This document shows, piece by piece, positions 36,274 through 40,879 of a stretch of DNA of 40,879 nt. A program made the translations under genes and the position numbers. The notes under the pieces are model-generated. The model searched no databases. It was not told where the DNA came from and saw only the letters and a program-made list of their open reading frames with translations. Where the stretch lies: the IMG/VR virus record IMGVR_UViG_3300021408_000140, positions 1 through 40,879 of that record. The stretch is one strand, 5' to 3'. Within the stretch, counting starts at the first letter, position 1, and each line of letters opens with the position of its first letter. This DNA comes from a virus. Lineage: Duplodnaviria; Caudoviricetes.

Positions 36274-37223
36274 GGCGCCTCAAGGTCTACACGACGTCGG
36301 AGCTCAAGTGCGCTCGCGCGTGTCTCCGACAGCATCGCTACCGATATGTCGACCTCCGACGACCGCACACGCGGAGCGAGGCGCTTCGGTTTGGGACGCT
36401 CTGGCACACCGGACTTGAGGTGTATTCGACGGCGGGCATCGAGCAGGCCCTTCGCGAGCTTGACCAGCGGGCCGACGATGTCGACGCGTTTGCGCGTGTC
36501 GTCGTCGAAGAGCTTCTCGTCGGCTACGCCATTCGCTGGGAGGAAGACGGCCTCACCGCGGTGAGTGTCGAGCAGAAGTTCGAGTTCGAGCTCGACGACG
36601 TCCTGCTCGGCGGTCGACTCGATGCCGTCGTTCGCGATCGCGACGGCAGGCTCCACGTCATGGAGCACAAGACGACGGCGAGCGACATCGAGGCAGGCTC
36701 GCTCTACTGGGAGCGAGTCCGGACGCTCGACACGCAAGTGAGCCTCTACATACGCGGCGCGCGAGCGCTCGGGCACGCCGTCGAGGACTGCATCTACGAC
36801 GTCGTACGCAAACCGACCATCCGGCCTCTCAAGGCGACGCCCGAGGAATCCCGGAAGTACACCAAGGCTACAGCGAAGGAGCCGAGCCGCCTCTACGCCA
36901 ACATGAGGGAGACGGACGAGACGCCCGAGGAGTATCGGCTCCGCATCCGCGCCGACATCGCTGAGCGGCCGGACTGGTACTACGCGCGCGGAACCGTCGT
37001 GCGTCTCGAGGCAGAGGAGCGCGCCTTCGCGCGCGATGTCGAGCAGCAGGTGGCGGTGCTCGGGTTTGCGATCGAGCGCAGCTACGCCCCACACAATCCA
37101 GACGCATGCAGCGCGTTCGGCGGGTGTGAGTACCTGCCTGTGTGCACCGGCGCAGCCAACATCAACGACGACACACTGTTCCGCACGGCGGTAACGGCAC
37201 ACGAGGAGCTCGCAGAGACATGA
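36270..37223 (+). CDS. PD-(D/E)XK (RecB/Cas4-like) exonuclease
   Basis: ACLR..FGTLWH, VEQKF, GRLDAV...EHKT, Q..LY, terminal C...GC.Y..C. Confidence 0.88.
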   Translation: MRRLKVYTTSELKCARACLRQHRYRYVDLRRPHTRSEALRFGTLWHTGLEVYSTAGIEQALRELDQRADDVDAFARVVVEELLVGYAIRWEEDGLTAVSVEQKFEFELDDVLLGGRLDAVVRDRDGRLHVMEHKTTASDIEAGSLYWERVRTLDTQVSLYIRGARALGHAVEDCIYDVVRKPTIRPLKATPEESRKYTKATAKEPSRLYANMRETDETPEEYRLRIRADIAERPDWYYARGTVVRLEAEERAFARDVEQQVAVLGFAIERSYAPHNPDACSAFGGCEYLPVCTGAANINDDTLFRTAVTAHEELAET

Positions 37224-38116
37224 CGTTCAGCGTTCAGCCCACCAGGAAAACGAGTCCGATCGTGATGCTCGTGCACGCCGACGGGGGCGTCGGTAAGAGC
37301 ACTTTCGCCGCGGCCGCTCCGGGGACAATCTTCATCGCCGCCGAGGACGGTCTGAAGAACATCGACGCGCGCGCCGTCGACCCGCATCCCACGTCATGGA
37401 GTGGTGTTCTCGAGGCACTCGATTATCTCGCGGATGCGGGCGAGTGTCGAACGGTCGCGGTCGACTCGCTCGATTGGATCGAGCCCCTCTGCTGGGAGCA
37501 CGTCTGTAAGGCGAGCCGCAAGAAGGACATCGAGGCGTTCGGCTACGGCAAGGGCTACGTCGCGGCGCTTGACGAGTGGCGCATCTTCCTACGGAAGCTC
37601 GAGGTGCTTCGCGGACGCGGCAAGAACATCATCCTCGTCGCGCACTCGATCCGAAAGCCCGTCAAGAATCCCGAGGGCGACGACTACGAGCGCTGGCAGA
37701 TCAAGCTCCACGAGAAGGCCGCGGGTCTCATCAAGGAGTGGGTCGACATCGTCGCGTTCGCCTCGCATGAGGTCCTCGTCGACGACTCCAGCGGACGCGC
37801 AAAAGGCATGTCGACCGGGCGTCGGTTGCTGCGGGTCCAACCGAACGCCGCGTACGACGCGAAGACGCGTTACGACATGCCGAAGTCGATTCCGCTCGAC
37901 TGGGCAGCCTTCGAGCGCGCCGTAGAGGCGGGGCGACGCTCACCCGTCGAACGACTCAAGGCCGACCTCGACGTGAAGCTCGTGGAGCTCGCTGACGACG
38001 CGGTCGAGAGCAAAGCGATGGCGTTCCTGAAGGAACGCGGAACGAGCGTGTCGAGCCTCACCGAGGCGCTCGACACGGTCACGGCGTACCTCGCTGAGAA
38101 ACGAAAGGCAGGATGA
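37220..38116 (+). CDS. Sak4-like (AAA_24) single-strand annealing ATPase
   Basis: DGGVGKST, AEDG, VDSLDW.E, FGYGKGY, LVAH, EWVD, AKTR. Confidence 0.88.
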   Translation: MTFSVQPTRKTSPIVMLVHADGGVGKSTFAAAAPGTIFIAAEDGLKNIDARAVDPHPTSWSGVLEALDYLADAGECRTVAVDSLDWIEPLCWEHVCKASRKKDIEAFGYGKGYVAALDEWRIFLRKLEVLRGRGKNIILVAHSIRKPVKNPEGDDYERWQIKLHEKAAGLIKEWVDIVAFASHEVLVDDSSGRAKGMSTGRRLLRVQPNAAYDAKTRYDMPKSIPLDWAAFERAVEAGRRSPVERLKADLDVKLVELADDAVESKAMAFLKERGTSVSSLTEALDTVTAYLAEKRKAG

Positions 38117-38117
38117 G

Positions 38118-38648
38118 ATGAGGATCGAACGGAACTGTATCGTGCGCGCGCGCGCGGTCGAGGCGCAGCTCACGGAGGCGAAGACCGGGACGCCCGGCAT
38201 TCAGATCGTGTTCGCCGTCTCGGACGGCGACCACAAGGGGCAGCGCGTGCGCTGGACCGGGTGGATGACCGACAAGACGCTCGACCGTACGCTCGAGTCG
38301 CTGGAGCACTGCGGCTGGGCGGGCGACGACCTCGGCGAGTTCGGCGACCGCGAGCTCCATGGGCTTGACAAGAAAGAGGTCGAGCTCGTCATCGAGATGG
38401 AGGACTACCAGGGAAGCGACGAGAAGTACGTCGGTAAGTCGTTCCCCCGAGTGCAGTGGGTCAACCGTGCCGGTGGCGCAAGTCTGCGCGTCGAGCAGGC
38501 AATGACCAAGGAGAAGGCGTCGGCGTTCGGCGACAAGATGCGGGCGCTCGTGACGAAGAGCCGGCTCGCGCGGACGCAGGGGAGTGGAACCGACTTCGCG
38601 CACGGCGCGAACGCGGAGAAGCCGACAGGCACGGGGCGGAAGTTCTAG
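38118..38648 (+). CDS. Putative single-stranded DNA-binding protein of the Sak4 module
   Basis: KTGTP.I...F, CGW.GDD, VQWVN; follows sak4. Confidence 0.65.
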   Translation: MRIERNCIVRARAVEAQLTEAKTGTPGIQIVFAVSDGDHKGQRVRWTGWMTDKTLDRTLESLEHCGWAGDDLGEFGDRELHGLDKKEVELVIEMEDYQGSDEKYVGKSFPRVQWVNRAGGASLRVEQAMTKEKASAFGDKMRALVTKSRLARTQGSGTDFAHGANAEKPTGTGRKF

Positions 38649-38658
38649 GGGGCGAACG

Positions 38659-39072
38659 GTGTATCTGACGCCCAAAGACATCGCGAAAGAACTGCAAGTT
38701 TCGCGGTCGCGGGCGTACGAGATCGCGCGCGAGTGCAAGCGTATCGTATCTGGTCGTACGATACGCTTGAGCCGCGCCTCCTTTGAAGAGTGGAAGCGGA
38801 TCCATGAGGAGCCTCCGTGCGTGAACCGCTCTATCTCCGTGGCGCCATCTGGTGGTGTCGCGTCCGAAACAGGCACGGAGGCAAGCACCGCAAGGTCTCG
38901 ACGGGATGCAAAGACCGTCGCTCCGCGGTCGCCAGGTGGCAGGAGCTGGAGCGCGAGTCCGTCACGCCAGCCCATCAGGCCGCGCACGAAGCCCGCCTCG
39001 GAGACGCCCTCGACGAACGGATCGCAGAACGAAAGTCGGCCGGCCGAGCCGCAGGGACCATCGACATGCTGA
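38659..39072 (+). CDS. xis: Excisionase-like HTH protein
   Basis: YLTPKDIAKELQVSRSRAYEI...GRTIRLSR..FEEW; GTG after AGGGGG. Confidence 0.75.
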   Translation: MYLTPKDIAKELQVSRSRAYEIARECKRIVSGRTIRLSRASFEEWKRIHEEPPCVNRSISVAPSGGVASETGTEASTARSRRDAKTVAPRSPGGRSWSASPSRQPIRPRTKPASETPSTNGSQNESRPAEPQGPSTC

Positions 39073-39845
39073 CCAAGAAGGCGCGCCAGCTCACGCGTGT
39101 CCTCGGCAGCGAGGCGCGTCTCTCACGCATAGACGCCGCCGCCGTTGACGAATTCATCGCGACTCGGCTCCGTGAAGGGGCGAAGCGGACAACCATCCAG
39201 AAGGAACTCAGCACGCTCCGTGGTGCGCTGCGCCTCGCCAAGCGGCACGGCAAGTACCCGTATGAGCTTGCCGCCGTCATGCCGCTCGACTTCAGCGCGA
39301 AGTACAAGCCGAAGGAGCGCGCGCTGTCCGAGCGCGAGATAGAGCGCCTTCTTAGCGCGCTGCCGCCGAAGCGGGCGGCGGTCGTCGCCTTTCTTCTTGC
39401 GACCGGGGCGACGTACCCGAGCGAGGTGACTGGGCTACGTAAGGGCGACGTCGACACCGTGCAATGGTTCGTGCGTCTGCGCGGGACCAAGCGGGCGACG
39501 CGCGACCGTCGGATTCCGATCGTCGACTTCGCACGTGGCTGGCTCCGCCGTGCTCTTCCGTTTCTCCCCTTCGAGTCATGGAGCAATATCCGGCGAGATC
39601 TGCACCTCGCGTGCGCCGAGGTCGGCATCGCGGTTTGCTCGCCGAACGATCTCCGTCGGTCGGTGGCGACGCTCATGCGTGCCCGCGGCGTCGAGCCGAG
39701 CCTCATTGGCGCTTTTCTCGGGCACAAGGATTCGCGGATGGCAGAGCGCGTCTACGGGCGACTGGCGCCGGAGCAACTGGCTCATCTACTCGAGGAGCGG
39801 CTGCAAAGTCGGGGTACAGCCCGGGTACAGCGGCGGGCGAAATGA
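38817..39845 (+). CDS. int: Tyrosine integrase
   Basis: LY.RG.IWW arm domain, T..KELSTLR, GTK, NDLRR, LGH, VY; GAGGAG RBS; adjacent to attP. Confidence 0.92.
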   Translation: MREPLYLRGAIWWCRVRNRHGGKHRKVSTGCKDRRSAVARWQELERESVTPAHQAAHEARLGDALDERIAERKSAGRAAGTIDMLTKKARQLTRVLGSEARLSRIDAAAVDEFIATRLREGAKRTTIQKELSTLRGALRLAKRHGKYPYELAAVMPLDFSAKYKPKERALSEREIERLLSALPPKRAAVVAFLLATGATYPSEVTGLRKGDVDTVQWFVRLRGTKRATRDRRIPIVDFARGWLRRALPFLPFESWSNIRRDLHLACAEVGIAVCSPNDLRRSVATLMRARGVEPSLIGAFLGHKDSRMAERVYGRLAPEQLAHLLEERLQSRGTARVQRRAK

Positions 39846-40020
39846 CCCATTTTTACCCAGAAAGCATGGCCGCGACACGGGGATTGAAAATCCCCGTGTC
39901 GGCGGTTCGATTCCGTCTCTGGGCACAAGGAAAACCCGGCTTTTCGGACGAAACTAGTCGTCCAGAGAGTCCGCCAAAGGCGCCGTTTTGCGCCTCGCGG
40001 GGTACAGCCGGGGTACAGCG
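39811..40020 (+). other. attP: 3' half of tRNA-Phe(GAA) core (39879-39926) flanked by paired GGGTACAGC arm repeats
   Basis: GGGGATTGAAAATCCCCGTGTCGGCGGTTCGATTCCGTCTCTGGGCAC contains the anticodon arm, T-arm and acceptor 3' strand; repeats at 39812, 39823, 40000, 40011. Confidence 0.9.
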
Positions 40021-40038
40021 CTCTGACGGAGCTCGCCG

Positions 40039-40197
40039 ATGACTCCCGGCGCCCGCGTGGCGGGCGTCCTGGTCGACGTCAAGCCGACGGCGGGGCACGT
40101 CCTGTGGACGGAGGCAGGCTGGGTTTACTGGCGCGCGCTCGACGGCGAGATCCGCGCGACGAAAACCGAAGACATCGGAGAAGGAGAATCGACATGA
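40039..40197 (+). CDS. 52-aa hypothetical protein (MTPGARVAGVLVD...)
   Basis: GGAG RBS; ATGA coupling to the next gene; not in the ORF track. Confidence 0.6.
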   Translation: MTPGARVAGVLVDVKPTAGHVLWTEAGWVYWRALDGEIRATKTEDIGEGEST

Positions 40198-40532
40198 AGA
40201 AGCCGACGAGATTCGTGGCACGGCAGGGCGACGTGCTCATCGTGCGCATCGACGAGACCGAGAAGCCCAAGGGCGACTGGAAGAAGGCACCGCGCGAGGG
40301 GGGCGCCGTCGTCCTCGCGCACGGCGAGGTGACCGGGCACAAGCATCAGATCCACAACCGCAACGTGTGTCTGCTCCGCGCGGAGGGCATCAGCGACGCC
40401 GTGTTGACGGTCGGCGCGCGCGCGGAGCTGCAGCACGAGGAGCACGGAACCATCGTGCTGAAGAAAGGCCTCTACAAGGTCCGCATTCAGCGCGAATGGA
40501 GCGGGGCGCTCTCGAGGGCGGTGGTCGACTGA
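40194..40532 (+). CDS. His-rich conserved protein usually found beside DUF6745 genes
   Basis: RQGDVL...LAHGEVTGH.H...HEEH..I.L..G.Y.V..QRE; AAGGAG RBS. Confidence 0.8.
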   Translation: MKKPTRFVARQGDVLIVRIDETEKPKGDWKKAPREGGAVVLAHGEVTGHKHQIHNRNVCLLRAEGISDAVLTVGARAELQHEEHGTIVLKKGLYKVRIQREWSGALSRAVVD

Positions 40533-40879
40533 TGCGTCACAAGAAACCCACGCCCGTCACCCGCGTCGATTCCCTCACGGCCGAGCAGCGCGCTCGATTC
40601 CCGGAATGGGTCGAGCGATGGACTAAGATCGGTCTCTCGACCGAGCCGGCCGACCGCGCGCGAGCCGAACGCGCCATTGCAGTCTACTACCGCGCGGCGA
40701 AGCTGGAGCCGCCGAAGCGCATCGTTTGGGTGACGTCGCCGCTCGTGGGTGCGTTCGCGTTCCCGGCCGCTGCGCTGATTCTGGCAGCGAGAGATCGTCC
40801 GGTCGACTCGGCGGTCGGCTCGGCGGTCCGCTCGGCGGTCCGCTCGGCGGTCGACTCGGCGGTCGAGTCGGCGGTCGAG
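40532..40879 (+). CDS. DUF6745-like protein, N-terminal part (MRHKKPTP...WTKIGLSTEPADR...)
   Basis: TGATG-coupled start; frame open to the window end; runs into the VxSA repeats. Confidence 0.8.
   Translation, partial: MRHKKPTPVTRVDSLTAEQRARFPEWVERWTKIGLSTEPADRARAERAIAVYYRAAKLEPPKRIVWVTSPLVGAFAFPAAALILAARDRPVDSAVGSAVRSAVRSAVDSAVESAVE
40802..40879 (+). repeat. Same 12-bp V-x-S-A coding repeat, 6.5 units
   Basis: Read directly. Confidence 0.95.

Larger units (their letters stand above)
1..40879. mobile_element. Temperate tailed phage genome (podovirus-like), excised/circular form
   Basis: Complete module set (terminase, portal, capsid, tail, lysis, cI/cro, int/xis, attP); no host genes; both ends lie within one repeat-containing gene; no tape-measure gene evident. 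Confidence 0.93.

Noticed and set aside
36270-37223. Cas4 of a CRISPR system
   Set aside because: No array or other cas genes; its context is the exonuclease-Sak4-SSB recombination module
39860-39930. Complete tRNA-Phe gene
   Set aside because: The 5' acceptor strand and D-arm are absent; only the 3' half is present, as expected for attP

Overview
The window is a near-complete, probably circular genome of a temperate podovirus-like tailed phage of about 41 kb with high GC. Both contig ends fall inside the same 12-bp coding repeat of one gene. The minus arm runs from cro through replication and methylase genes, a repeat-rich putative origin, GroES, terminase, portal, scaffold, capsid, tail and ejection proteins, fibres and lysis. 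The plus arm runs from a cI-like repressor through a Sak4-type recombination module, xis, int, an intact attP (3' half of tRNA-Phe), and a DUF6745-like gene with its partner. The most notable features are: terL split by a free-standing HNH gene with no room for a separate intron core; four SDxxAK autocleavage-like motifs in one S74-chaperone virion protein; an integrase apparently lacking its first catalytic Arg; a frameshifted lysis lipoprotein whose zero frame reads into the endolysin; and genes that would lie behind the host tRNA promoter after integration. All family calls come from motif recognition by eye; no database searches were run.
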